A DNA stretch of 64,000 nt from Arenimonas sp. GTDB taxonomy: Bacteria; Pseudomonadota; Gammaproteobacteria; Xanthomonadales; Xanthomonadaceae. The DNA is taken from the NCBI RefSeq assembly GCF_022842045.1, contig NZ_JALHQI010000001.1, positions 9,774 to 73,773 on the forward strand. Direction: 5' to 3'. This document shows positions 47,861 to 56,943 of the stretch, piece after piece. Made by a program: the position numbers and the translations under genes. The first letter of the stretch is position 1; each line of letters starts with the position of its first letter. Below the pieces are notes generated by a model. The model saw nothing but the letters and a program-made list of their open reading frames with translations. It had not been told where the DNA came from and did no database searches.

Positions 47861-49188
47861 AGATCACACGACGCGACATCCTGCTGGGCGCAGGGGCCGG
47901 TCTGGTCACGACGGCCGCAACGGGTATGGCCAGTGCCCAGAGTCAGGGCCACGACATGAGCCAGATGAAAGAGCCCGCTGCGCCGCCGGAGGCGCCGCCG
48001 GTCTCCCGCCCGCGGGCGGGCAAGGTGCGCACGCTCAATGGCTGGACCCTGCCGTACCGCATGAACGGCGGCGTTAAGGAATTCCATCTGGTCGCCGAGG
48101 AGTTCGAACACGAATTCGCACCCGGCTCCAAGGCGATCTGCTGGGGCTACAACGGTTCCACACCGGGACCGACCATCGAGGCGACTGAAGGCGACCGCAT
48201 CCGCATCTTCGTGACCAACCGCCTGCGCGAAGCCACCACCATCCACTGGCATGGCCTGATCCTGCCCAGCGGCATGGACGGCGTCGGTGGCCTGAACCAG
48301 CCCCAGATCAAGCCCGGCGAGACCTTCGCCTACGAGTTCACGCTCAAGCAGCACGGTACCCACATGTACCACCCGCACGCCGACGAGATGGTGCAGATGG
48401 CCATGGGCATGATGGGCCTGCTGATCATCCACCCCAAGCGCGGCGAGGCGGTGCCGATCGATCGCGACTACGCGTTCCTGCTGCATAACTTCGCGCTGCA
48501 CCCCGGCACGCGCCGGCCGGATCCGGCGGTGATGCAGGACTTCGACCTGTGGACCTTCAACTCCAAGGTCTTCCCGGCGATCGAGCCGATCGTGGCGCGG
48601 ACCGGTGAGCGCGTCCGCATCCGCGTGGGCAACCTGAGCATGTGGAACCACCCGATCCACCTGCACGGCGTGCAGTTCCACGTCACCGGCGGCGACGGCG
48701 GTCGGCTCCCGCGCTCCCAGTGGCGCACCGAGGTGACCGAGATCGTCGGCGTCGGCCAGATGCGCGACATCGAGTTCACGGCGGTACCCGGCGACTGGGC
48801 ATTCCACTGCCACATGTCGCACCACACCATGGGCCCGATGGGCCACGACGTGCCCAACACCATCGGCGTCGATCAGCGTGGCGTGGAAGCCAAGATTCGC
48901 CAGATGCTGCCGGGCTACATGGCCATGGGCAAGGACGGCATGGGCGAGCACCAGGACCACACCGATGGCGGCATGGCCGGCCCCCCGAACACGCTGGCGA
49001 TGATGGCCGGCAAGGGTCCGTTCGGGAACATCGAGATGGGCGGCATGTTCACCGTCGTCAAAGTCCGTGACGACCTGGCGCCGGGCGATTTCTCCGACCC
49101 GGGCTGGTACCGCAACCCCACTGGCACCGTCGCCCAGCGCGTCAGTGACGATCCCGCGTTCGGCAATCCGCCGCGACGTCCGCGTTAA
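47857..49188 (+). CDS. Tat-exported two-domain multicopper oxidase (T1 site in domain 2)
   Basis: RRDILL twin-arginine signal; domain 1 HWHG and YHPH (no T1 Cys); domain 2 HPIHLHG and HCHMSHH; Met-rich tail. Confidence 0.88.
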   Translation: MKITRRDILLGAGAGLVTTAATGMASAQSQGHDMSQMKEPAAPPEAPPVSRPRAGKVRTLNGWTLPYRMNGGVKEFHLVAEEFEHEFAPGSKAICWGYNGSTPGPTIEATEGDRIRIFVTNRLREATTIHWHGLILPSGMDGVGGLNQPQIKPGETFAYEFTLKQHGTHMYHPHADEMVQMAMGMMGLLIIHPKRGEAVPIDRDYAFLLHNFALHPGTRRPDPAVMQDFDLWTFNSKVFPAIEPIVARTGERVRIRVGNLSMWNHPIHLHGVQFHVTGGDGGRLPRSQWRTEVTEIVGVGQMRDIEFTAVPGDWAFHCHMSHHTMGPMGHDVPNTIGVDQRGVEAKIRQMLPGYMAMGKDGMGEHQDHTDGGMAGPPNTLAMMAGKGPFGNIEMGGMFTVVKVRDDLAPGDFSDPGWYRNPTGTVAQRVSDDPAFGNPPRRPR

Positions 49189-49202
49189 CAGGAGCCCTAG
49201 TC

Positions 49203-50006
49203 ATGTCTCTGATCAAAAGTGGTTTGATTCTCGTGGGTCTGGGTGCCGCGGCCGTCGGCGGCGGCATCTACTTTGGTGCCATCCACCCGGGTGCTGACGA
49301 GCCGCATTCGGCCGTGGTCTTCAAGCTCATCGAAACGGCGCGCGACCGCGCCATCGCGGTCCGTGCCCACGACATGGTCGTCCCGACCTTGGGTAGCGAA
49401 GCCCAGATTCGCAGCGGCGCCGGCAACTACGCGGCCATGTGCACTACCTGCCACCTTGCCCCCGGCATGGCAGCGACCGAGCTGAGCCAAGGGCTGTATC
49501 CGGCGCCACCGGAGCTCTCCACGCTCGGCGCGCCCGATCCGGCCCGCGCCTTCTGGGTCATCAAGCACGGCATCAAGGCCTCGGGTATGCCGGCCTGGGG
49601 CAAGAGCATGTCCGATGAGTACATCTGGAACATGGTCGCGTTCTTGCAAGAAATGCCGAAGATGAGCCCGGATCAATATCAGGCATTGGTGGCGACCAGC
49701 GGCGGCCACTCGCACGGTGGCGGCGAGAGCATGCCGCACGACGACGCCATGCCAGGGATGGCCGGCATGGGCAGTGGTAACCATCACGATGGCGCCGCCG
49801 CCATGGACCACGACGATGCCGGTACGGCGCCCCATGCCCATGACACGCCGATGTCCGCCGACCACGATGACGCCGGGTCGGCGCCGCACGCTCACGACGC
49901 CCCGGCGCCCGCGGCACATGACGATGCCGGTGCCCCGCCCCACGACCACGACGCGCCCGTGCCACCGGCGCACGACGATGCCGGCGCGCCGCCGCACGAT
50001 CACTGA
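49203..50006 (+). CDS. Membrane-anchored cytochrome c with His/Asp-rich tail
   Basis: CTTCH heme motif, GIKASGMPAW, repeated HDDAG.(A)PH units. Confidence 0.85.
   Translation: MSLIKSGLILVGLGAAAVGGGIYFGAIHPGADEPHSAVVFKLIETARDRAIAVRAHDMVVPTLGSEAQIRSGAGNYAAMCTTCHLAPGMAATELSQGLYPAPPELSTLGAPDPARAFWVIKHGIKASGMPAWGKSMSDEYIWNMVAFLQEMPKMSPDQYQALVATSGGHSHGGGESMPHDDAMPGMAGMGSGNHHDGAAAMDHDDAGTAPHAHDTPMSADHDDAGSAPHAHDAPAPAAHDDAGAPPHDHDAPVPPAHDDAGAPPHDH
49797..50003 (+). repeat. Intragenic repeats encoding HDDAGxxPHxHD x4
   Basis: Four CACGA(C/T)GA(C/T)GCCGG units. Confidence 0.8.
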
Positions 50007-50029
50007 TCCCTCTCTGACAGGACCCTCCC

Positions 50030-50563
50030 ATGAAACGTATCGCCACCCTTGCTGTGTTCTCCCTCGCCGCCGTGGGTAGCCCGGCGTTTGCCGATGGCCC
50101 GACCACGCCGCCCCACACCCACGACGCCACCACGCACGCGCCCGCCGGACCGGAACTGGGCATTCCGGCGCAGGCAATGCCTGCGGTGGCGGTCGTTGAG
50201 CGGTTTTCCGCCGCGCTGGCTGCCGGCCAGCTTGACGCCGCCGGCGCCGAGCTCGATCCCAACGTACTGATCCTGGAAAGCGGCGGCGCTGAACGCTCCG
50301 CCGCCGAGTACCTGGGCGGTCACGCCAAGGGCGACGCGGCCTTCCTCCAGACCGCCCACATCCAGTTGCTTCGTCGCACCGCCCAGGTCAGCGGCGATCT
50401 GGCCTGGGTGGCCAGCGAGAGCGAGTTGCACCTGAGCAAGGACGGCAAGCCAGTCACGGTGCTCAGCACCGAAACCATGCTGGTCCAGCGCTCGGACGCG
50501 GGCTGGAAGATTGTCCACATCCACTGGTCCTCGCGCACGAAGGCACCGGGCGACCATCACTAG
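50030..50563 (+). CDS. Secreted NTF2-like (DUF4440/SnoaL) protein
   Basis: Signal peptide, LILESGG, DLAWVASE, WKIVHIHWSSR. Confidence 0.75.
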   Translation: MKRIATLAVFSLAAVGSPAFADGPTTPPHTHDATTHAPAGPELGIPAQAMPAVAVVERFSAALAAGQLDAAGAELDPNVLILESGGAERSAAEYLGGHAKGDAAFLQTAHIQLLRRTAQVSGDLAWVASESELHLSKDGKPVTVLSTETMLVQRSDAGWKIVHIHWSSRTKAPGDHH

Positions 50564-50572
50564 GAGACCGCC

Positions 50573-51130
50573 ATGCGCCGGTTTACGTCGGTACTGACCA
50601 CCGTGATGCTGCCGCTGGCCCTCGCCTCCTGCGAAGGCCGGAAGGATGCCCCGCCGGAGGCCTTTGGCCCCCATGAGGTCGCGAGCCCGGCGACAAAGGT
50701 GACGCCCCCTCAGGCGGATGACACGTCCGCGCCCCATGTCGCCGAGCATCCGGCCACGCTGCCGCGGATCACCATGCATAAGGACCCCAACTGCGAGTGC
50801 TGCAGCCTCTGGGCACGCCATGTCGAGGGCGCCGGCTTCCCGGTGAGCGTGGTGGCCGACACCCACATGGACGCCTTCAAGCGCAGCGTCGGCGTGCCGG
50901 CCGGCAAGGGCTCCTGCCACACCGCCCAGGTCGAGGGCTACTTCATTGAGGGCCATGTGCCGGTGGAAGACATACAGCGGCTACTGGCCGAGCGCCCCGA
51001 TGCCCGCGGCCTGGCGGCACCGGGCATGCCGATTGGCTCGCCTGGCATGCCCGGTCCGGCGCGCCCCTACACCGTTTACCTGATTGGCAAGGATGGCAGC
51101 AGCACGCCGTACAGCCAGCACGGTCACTGA
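50573..51130 (+). CDS. DUF411 (CopG-like) metal-binding lipoprotein
   Basis: KDPNCECC..W, SCHTA.VEGY.IEGHVP, GLAAPGMPIGSPGM. Confidence 0.85.
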   Translation: MRRFTSVLTTVMLPLALASCEGRKDAPPEAFGPHEVASPATKVTPPQADDTSAPHVAEHPATLPRITMHKDPNCECCSLWARHVEGAGFPVSVVADTHMDAFKRSVGVPAGKGSCHTAQVEGYFIEGHVPVEDIQRLLAERPDARGLAAPGMPIGSPGMPGPARPYTVYLIGKDGSSTPYSQHGH

Positions 51131-51145
51131 CCCGGAGTCATCGCA

Positions 51146-53485
51146 ATGAGCCAACACGACAGCCACGCGCCGACCTCCTCGGCGACACCCACCGAACAAC
51201 CCCGCGATCCGGTCTGTGGCATGTTCGTGGACGGTCCCCTGTTCGCGCTTCATGGCGATGTTCGGTACCACTTTTGCTCGGAGCGCTGTCGCCAGAAGTT
51301 TCTGGATGAGCCGGAGCGCTACCTCCAGTCCGAGGGGTCGGCAGGTGGCCATCCTCCCGCTTCGACGGCCGCGCCGGGCGTGCCCCGCGTTCAGTACACC
51401 TGCCCCATGCACCCGGAAATCGTCCGGGACGGACCGGGGACCTGCCCGATCTGCGGCATGGCGCTCGAACCCCTGCAGCCATCGCTGGAGGATGACGAGA
51501 ACCCCGAGTTGGCCGACTTTACGCGTCGGTTCTGGGTCACCCTGCCCCTGACCGTCATCGTGCTGGCCCTGGCGATGTTCGGCCATCTTTGGGACGGTAT
51601 GCAGGCAACCACCCGGACCTGGGTCGAACTGGTCCTGACGGCGCCGGTGGTGCTGTGGGCGGGCTGGCCCTTCTTCGTGCGCGGCGTGGCCTCGCTGCGC
51701 ACCGGCAACCTCAACATGTGGACGCTGATCGGGACCGGTGTTGGCGCCGCCTTCGGCTACAGCGTGGCGGCGACCGTGGCCCCGGGATGGTTCCCGGCTT
51801 CGTTCCAGGAACACGGCCGCGTGGGCGTGTATTTCGAGGCAGCGGCGGTGATCGTCTCGCTCACCCTGCTGGGCCAGTTGCTCGAGCTCAAGGCCCGGTC
51901 GCAGACCTCGGCCGCCATCAAGGCGCTGTTGCGCCTGGCGCCCAAGACCGCCCGCCGCATCAACGCCGACGGCAGCGAAGAGGATATTGCCCTCACCCAC
52001 GTGCACGTCGGCGATCGCCTTCGCGTGCGGCCGGGTGAAAGCGTACCGACCGATGGCGAGGTCGTTCAGGGCGCGTCCAGCGTAGACGAGTCGATGCTCA
52101 CCGGTGAGCCGATGCCGGTCAGCAAGAGCGTTGGGGACCGGGTCATCGGCGCCACCCAGAACGCCTCGGGCAGTCTGGTGATCGTGGCTGACAAGGTCGG
52201 CGCCGATACGGTGCTGAGCCAGATCGTGCAGCTGGTGGCCAACGCCCAGCGGTCGCGGGCGCCCATGCAGCGCATGGCCGATACCGTATCGTTCTGGTTC
52301 GTGCTGGCGGTGCTCGGCATCTCCCTGAGCACCCTTCTGGTCTGGGGCTTCTTCGGGCCGGAGCCGTCCTGGGTATTCGGCGTTCTCAACGCCGTGGCCG
52401 TGCTCATCATCGCCTGCCCCTGCGCCCTGGGCCTGGCAACGCCGATGTCCATCATGGTCGCCACCGGTCGAGCGGCCAGCGTGGGCGTCCTGTTCCGCGA
52501 CGCCGAGGCCATCGAGAACCTGCGTAAGATCGACACGCTGATCGTCGACAAGACCGGCACCTTGACTGAAGGTCGGCCCCGCTACCGCGATACGGCAGCC
52601 TTGACGGGCTTCGCGCCCAGGGAGGTGCTGCGATTGGCCGCAAGCCTGGATCAGGGCAGCGAGCATCCGCTGGCGGCAGCGATCGTCGCCGAAGCCCGGG
52701 AGCGCGGCATGGCCTTGTCGACCCCCGAGTCCTTTGAGTCGGCCAGTGGCATCGGGGTCCGGGGACGGGTCGAGGGTAAGGCGCTGGCCCTGGGCAATGG
52801 CGCCCTCATGGTCGAGGAAGGCGTCGATGTGAGCTCGCTCAAGACAGCCGCCGAACGGCTGCGGGCCGAAGGCGCGAGTGTGATGTTCCTGGCCGTCGAC
52901 GCCGAGCCCGCCGGCCTGATCGCTGTCGCGGACATGATCAAGGAGTCCACGCCCGAAGCGATTGAGCAGCTCCGGGCCGACGGTCTGCGCCTGATCATGG
53001 CGACGGGCGATGGCGAAACCACGGCCGAGGCCGTCGCCAAGGCCTTGGGCATCACCGAGGTGCACGGCGAAGTGCGCCCTCAGGACAAGGTGGAGCTGGT
53101 GGCCGCGCTCAAAGCGCAGGGACGCCGCGTGGCGATGGCGGGCGATGGCATCAACGATGCGCCGGCGCTGGCCCTGGCGGATGTCGGCATCGCCATGGGG
53201 ACCGGCACGGACGTGGCGATGTCCAGCGGCCAGGTGACCCTGGTCAAGGGCGACCTGCGCGGCATTGTCCGGGCCCGGCAGATCTCCGAGGCCACGGTGG
53301 CCAATATGAAGCAGAACCTCGGCTTCGCCTTCCTCTACAACGCCTTGGGCGTGCCGATCGCGGCGGGCGTGCTGTATCCGGTGTTCGGCCTGCTGCTCAG
53401 CCCGATGATCGCGGCCCTGGCCATGAGCTTGAGTTCGGTGTCGGTGGTGGTCAACGCCTTGAGGCTGCGAAACGAAAGCGCCTGA
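51146..53485 (+). CDS. Cu(I)/Ag(I) P1B-1 ATPase with YHS and heavy-metal-binding N-terminus
   Basis: DPVCGM (YHS), YTCPMHPEI...[33 protein letters not shown]. Confidence 0.93.
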   Translation: MSQHDSHAPTSSATPTEQPRDPVCGMFVDGPLFALHGDVRYHFCSERCRQKFLDEPERYLQSEGSAGGHPPASTAAPGVPRVQYTCPMHPEIVRDGPGTCPICGMALEPLQPSLEDDENPELADFTRRFWVTLPLTVIVLALAMFGHLWDGMQATTRTWVELVLTAPVVLWAGWPFFVRGVASLRTGNLNMWTLIGTGVGAAFGYSVAATVAPGWFPASFQEHGRVGVYFEAAAVIVSLTLLGQLLELKARSQTSAAIKALLRLAPKTARRINADGSEEDIALTHVHVGDRLRVRPGESVPTDGEVVQGASSVDESMLTGEPMPVSKSVGDRVIGATQNASGSLVIVADKVGADTVLSQIVQLVANAQRSRAPMQRMADTVSFWFVLAVLGISLSTLLVWGFFGPEPSWVFGVLNAVAVLIIACPCALGLATPMSIMVATGRAASVGVLFRDAEAIENLRKIDTLIVDKTGTLTEGRPRYRDTAALTGFAPREVLRLAASLDQGSEHPLAAAIVAEARERGMALSTPESFESASGIGVRGRVEGKALALGNGALMVEEGVDVSSLKTAAERLRAEGASVMFLAVDAEPAGLIAVADMIKESTPEAIEQLRADGLRLIMATGDGETTAEAVAKALGITEVHGEVRPQDKVELVAALKAQGRRVAMAGDGINDAPALALADVGIAMGTGTDVAMSSGQVTLVKGDLRGIVRARQISEATVANMKQNLGFAFLYNALGVPIAAGVLYPVFGLLLSPMIAALAMSLSSVSVVVNALRLRNESA

Positions 53486-53594
53486 TGCCCTGCTGAGGCG
53501 CCGTGTGCCGCAGAGGTCGACAGGACCACTGGGCGACGACCGTTTTCGTAACGAAACCATTTTTCACCCGCGGCACCCAAAGGAGAACAGATCC

Positions 53595-54050
53595 ATGAAG
53601 TACTCCCGATTCGGGCTGATGATCCTGGTATCCACTGTTGTGATGTTTGGTTTGATGTACCTCAACAATTACGCGCTTGACCACGTCTATTTCAGCGAAA
53701 CACGCTTCTACATGGCGTTGGTCATGGGCGCGAGCATGGCGGCGGTGATGCTGCTCTTCATGCTCAAGATGTACACCCGCAAAGGCGCCAACTGGACCAT
53801 CCTGGCATCGGCGGTATTGGTGTTCTCCGGCTCGCTGTGGCTGGTCCGCAGCCAGTCCACCATTGAAGACGTTGCCTGGATGAAGGCGATGATCCCGCAT
53901 CACTCGATCGCCATTCTTACCAGCTCGCGCGCCGAAATCAGCGACCCCCGGGTCCGAGACCTGGCCGACCGCATCATCAAGGCGCAGGAGAGCGAGATTG
54001 CCGAGATGAAGCAGTTGATCCAGGAGCTGGAGGCACAGCCCGAGCGGTGA
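53595..54050 (+). CDS. DUF305-family protein
   Basis: WMKAMIPHHSIAILTS, IIKAQESEIAEM; N-terminal TM helices. Confidence 0.8.
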   Translation: MKYSRFGLMILVSTVVMFGLMYLNNYALDHVYFSETRFYMALVMGASMAAVMLLFMLKMYTRKGANWTILASAVLVFSGSLWLVRSQSTIEDVAWMKAMIPHHSIAILTSSRAEISDPRVRDLADRIIKAQESEIAEMKQLIQELEAQPER

Positions 54051-54163
54051 TCCGAACCCGACACCTTTTGTTTGCCGCAACGAGAGACGTTGTCGGCAGC
54101 CGGGCCGGCGAGAAGTTGGGACACTCGCCGGACCGTTCTTTCCGTCCCCTAGGAGAGTTCCCC

Positions 54164-54454
54164 ATGACACGTTTGCTTCCGTTCGCCATCGCCCTGCTGA
54201 TCGCCGCCCCCGTTGCCTGGGCCGACGATAAGGGCCACGACCACATGGCCGCCAAGAATGGCCAGACCCAGCCGCACGACATGGCCGCCATGTCCGCCGA
54301 GGAGTTCGCCAAGCTCGACGCCGACAAGAATGGTCAGCTGTCCCGCAGCGAGCTCCCCAAGGAGCACAAGTTCGCGGCGCATTTCGACATGCTCGATACC
54401 GACAAGAACGGCACCCTCTCGGCGGCCGAGTTCGCCAAGGGCCACGGCATGTGA
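54164..54454 (+). CDS. Secreted two-EF-hand protein
   Basis: Signal peptide; loops DADKNGQLSRSE and DTDKNGTLSAAE. Confidence 0.8.
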   Translation: MTRLLPFAIALLIAAPVAWADDKGHDHMAAKNGQTQPHDMAAMSAEEFAKLDADKNGQLSRSELPKEHKFAAHFDMLDTDKNGTLSAAEFAKGHGM

Positions 54455-54508
54455 CGCTTCCCCCGGGGCGGCGCATGCCGCCCCGGCACCTGATATCGGG
54501 AGAGAGCA

Positions 54509-54991
54509 ATGACACGACTATGGACGGGCCTGGTGGCCCTGCTGTTGGCCGGCGCAGCGATGGCAACCCCCACGCCCATGCCCTCAGATGACACCGCCGC
54601 AATAAAGGCCGTGCTCGCAGCCTACAAGACGGCGCTCGAGCGCCGGGATCTGACGGGTGTGGAGGCGTTGTTTGCCCAGCGCAATGAGGTGATCGAATCG
54701 GGCAAGGTGGAAGGCTCATATGCCGACTACGTGACCCACCACATCGGTCCGGAACTGCGCCACATCCAACGATTTGCATTCGAGGACTATGCGGTGACCG
54801 TCGAGCAGGAGGGCGACATCGCCTGGGCTACGGAGACTTATCGCTACACGATCGTTTTGCCTGACCGTGCCGATCCGATCGTGCGTCAGGGTGCGGCCAC
54901 CAGCGTCCTGCAGCGTAAGGACGGCGTGTGGAGAATCCGCGCCCTGCACAGCTCGTCTAGGGCACCAAAGCCCGCGGCAACGACCCCGTAA
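54509..54991 (+). CDS. Second secreted NTF2-like (DUF4440) protein
   Basis: Signal peptide, VIESG, DIAWATE, WRIRALHSSSR. Confidence 0.75.
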   Translation: MTRLWTGLVALLLAGAAMATPTPMPSDDTAAIKAVLAAYKTALERRDLTGVEALFAQRNEVIESGKVEGSYADYVTHHIGPELRHIQRFAFEDYAVTVEQEGDIAWATETYRYTIVLPDRADPIVRQGAATSVLQRKDGVWRIRALHSSSRAPKPAATTP

Positions 54992-55164
54992 GGCGCGCCG
55001 ATGAGGGCCGAGCCTGTGCCAGCACCCACGCAGATCGACTTGGCGCCCCTGCTCAAGCACTGGCGCCAGAGCCGGGACAATTCAAAGGCCGCTTTCCCCT
55101 AACCCCGATAAGCTGCCCAAATCGGCGAATCCCCCGCCACGCACCCTCCGCCGCATCCCTGTTC

Positions 55165-56019
55165 TCAGATATTTAGGAGCCCGGGCATGTCAACCCAGCC
55201 AGGCGAGAGGGTCTGGTCGAGGCCAGGAATCGAGTGCCAGGCGACGATCCACAACGCCGCCCGGCGCTCGCAGGGATCCACCAGCTGTCGAAACCCCTCC
55301 CAGCCGTCTGCCTCCCGCAGCTCCCAATAGTGGCGGGGCCCGTGGACGAAGCCTGCCAGAGTCGGGGTCGGCGATAGGTTTGCGATCAGCGGTGGGCCGC
55401 GCGACGCACCGAGGCTAAAGCTCACTTCGCAGAGCCGCTCGCGCACTGAATGAGGGTTGCTGCGCCACGCAGCAGGCCAAGGGGCGCCGCGGAACAAGCT
55501 GGCTTCGAGCGCGGTGCCGAAGTTCTCGATCATGTTCAGAATTTCGCGATCGCAATCAGTGAGCGCCTGTTGCGCGGCGAGGGCCACGGCCAAGTCCGGC
55601 TTGAATCGATCCCGTGGGATGATCAGGGGCGCATTGTGAATCGGACACGTCGTGCGCAAAACATGGGTCCAACTACGCCGGTAACCTCGAGGCCGCTTGG
55701 CTGCGTCATCATCCAGCCAGCACGCCGGACAGATTGCCATCCGTGCGTGCGGGGCCAGCTGCGACGGTGAATCAGGCAGGCGATGGGGTCGCAGCGACGC
55801 TCCTGGAACGCCCAAGGCTTCTCCCACGCGAAGTAGCGCAGCGCAGGAAGGATCATCGATGGTCCCAATCGGTAGCGGATCGTCAGTATTCAGCTGGACC
55901 CACAATTCGCCGGGGTCGGCTTCGTAAAGATCAGCCGCCCGAGCCAGACACGAGCGCAGGGACTCGTCGGGCCCGGGCGGTGAGACCCACCAGCGGGGCG
56001 TGACTTGTTCCATGCTCAC
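55165..56019 (-). CDS. tniQ: TniQ-family target-selector protein (short, 284 aa)
   Basis: PGPDESLRSCLAR, CPACW, WTHVLRTTCPIH; GTGA overlap with tniB. Confidence 0.85.
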   Translation of the reverse strand: MSMEQVTPRWWVSPPGPDESLRSCLARAADLYEADPGELWVQLNTDDPLPIGTIDDPSCAALLRVGEALGVPGASLRPHRLPDSPSQLAPHARMAICPACWLDDDAAKRPRGYRRSWTHVLRTTCPIHNAPLIIPRDRFKPDLAVALAAQQALTDCDREILNMIENFGTALEASLFRGAPWPAAWRSNPHSVRERLCEVSFSLGASRGPPLIANLSPTPTLAGFVHGPRHYWELREADGWEGFRQLVDPCERRAALWIVAWHSIPGLDQTLSPGWVDMPGLLNI

Positions 56020-56933
56020 GCGGCCTTGGCCGGTTCGTTCGCGCGCTCCCGTGCCAGCCTGACAGCGGCTGTGGGCATTTCCACCCTCGCCCGCTCCAGG
56101 AGCTGGGGCGTGATCTTCTCCGTGCCAGACTCGACCGCATGAGCCGCCGCATAGGTGATCAGGCGCATCATGGGATCGAGCACGCCGTCAGAAAGCCGAA
56201 GCAGCGCGGTCGTGATCGGCAACGACGAGAGCTGCGAGGGCTGCTTGAGGGGCAAGACCCGCTCCAGCGCGTCCAGGAAGTTCACCAGGTAATCGTCCTG
56301 CTTCCAGACGGGCAGGCTGCGGTAGGTGAAGCGGGCATTGAGATGCTCGTCGACCTGCATCGCGTCCGGTGCCTGGGCGGTTCCCAGCGCCAACACCGGC
56401 ATCGACAGCTGGTTCATCAGGAATTTGATCGTATCCAGGGCAATGCGCTGCTGCCGCGCCGTCGAGGTCAGGATGTCCTGGATCTCGTCGACCACGAGCA
56501 GGCGCAGATTGGCCGCCCGGCACAGCTTGAGCACCATGCGTTCGCGGTCGCTGCCCACGTAGCGTTTCGGATCGGGCACCCCCAGTTCGGTCAGGATCCG
56601 GTCGTAGAGCGCCCGTGCCTCACGGGCACCCGTCATTTCGATCGTCAGGACCGGCAGGCTGGCCGCTTTGCTTCCTTCGGCGGCAATCGGCGGATACCTG
56701 CGTTCGATGGCACGGGCGATCATGGTCTTGCCCGAGCCGGGCAGTCCCGAGACCACCAGCCCGCTGGCCCGGGACTTGGGCGGACTGAAGCGAAGGAAGT
56801 CGATGTGATCCATGATCGGCTGCAGCCGCTCATGGGTGATGAAGCGGTCAATCAGCATCCGGTTGGCACGCTCCAGGTCCGGCAGTTCAAGCCAGGCCTG
56901 GGTCTTGGGGTCGAGGTGGGAATAGTCGGTCAT
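56016..56933 (-). CDS. tniB: TniB/TnsC AAA+ ATPase
   Basis: Walker A GLPGSGKT, Walker B LLVVDEIQD, ALGT. Confidence 0.9.
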   Translation of the reverse strand: MTDYSHLDPKTQAWLELPDLERANRMLIDRFITHERLQPIMDHIDFLRFSPPKSRASGLVVSGLPGSGKTMIARAIERRYPPIAAEGSKAASLPVLTIEMTGAREARALYDRILTELGVPDPKRYVGSDRERMVLKLCRAANLRLLVVDEIQDILTSTARQQRIALDTIKFLMNQLSMPVLALGTAQAPDAMQVDEHLNARFTYRSLPVWKQDDYLVNFLDALERVLPLKQPSQLSSLPITTALLRLSDGVLDPMMRLITYAAAHAVESGTEKITPQLLERARVEMPTAAVRLARERANEPAKAA

Positions 56934-56943
56934 GACAAGCTCC

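Noticed and set aside
47441-50003. Repeated units as a possible CRISPR array near the Tn7-like module
   Set aside because: The repeats are in-frame, degenerate at third codon positions and encode metal-binding peptides; there are no constant repeats with unique spacers and no cas genes.
54164-54454. EF-hand protein as a lanmodulin-like lanthanide binder
   Set aside because: It has only two loops, both canonical Ca-type (DxDKNG), lacking the proline-containing loops of lanmodulin.
54463-54486. 10-bp GC hairpin after the EF-hand gene as an intrinsic terminator
   Set aside because: No U-tract on either strand and the next gene follows closely; at most an mRNA-stability element.
55015-55030. 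TGTGCCAG as a possible near end making a cargo-free transposon
   Set aside because: The flank GAGCC does not match GATGG or GAATG, and no repeated transposase-binding motifs follow.
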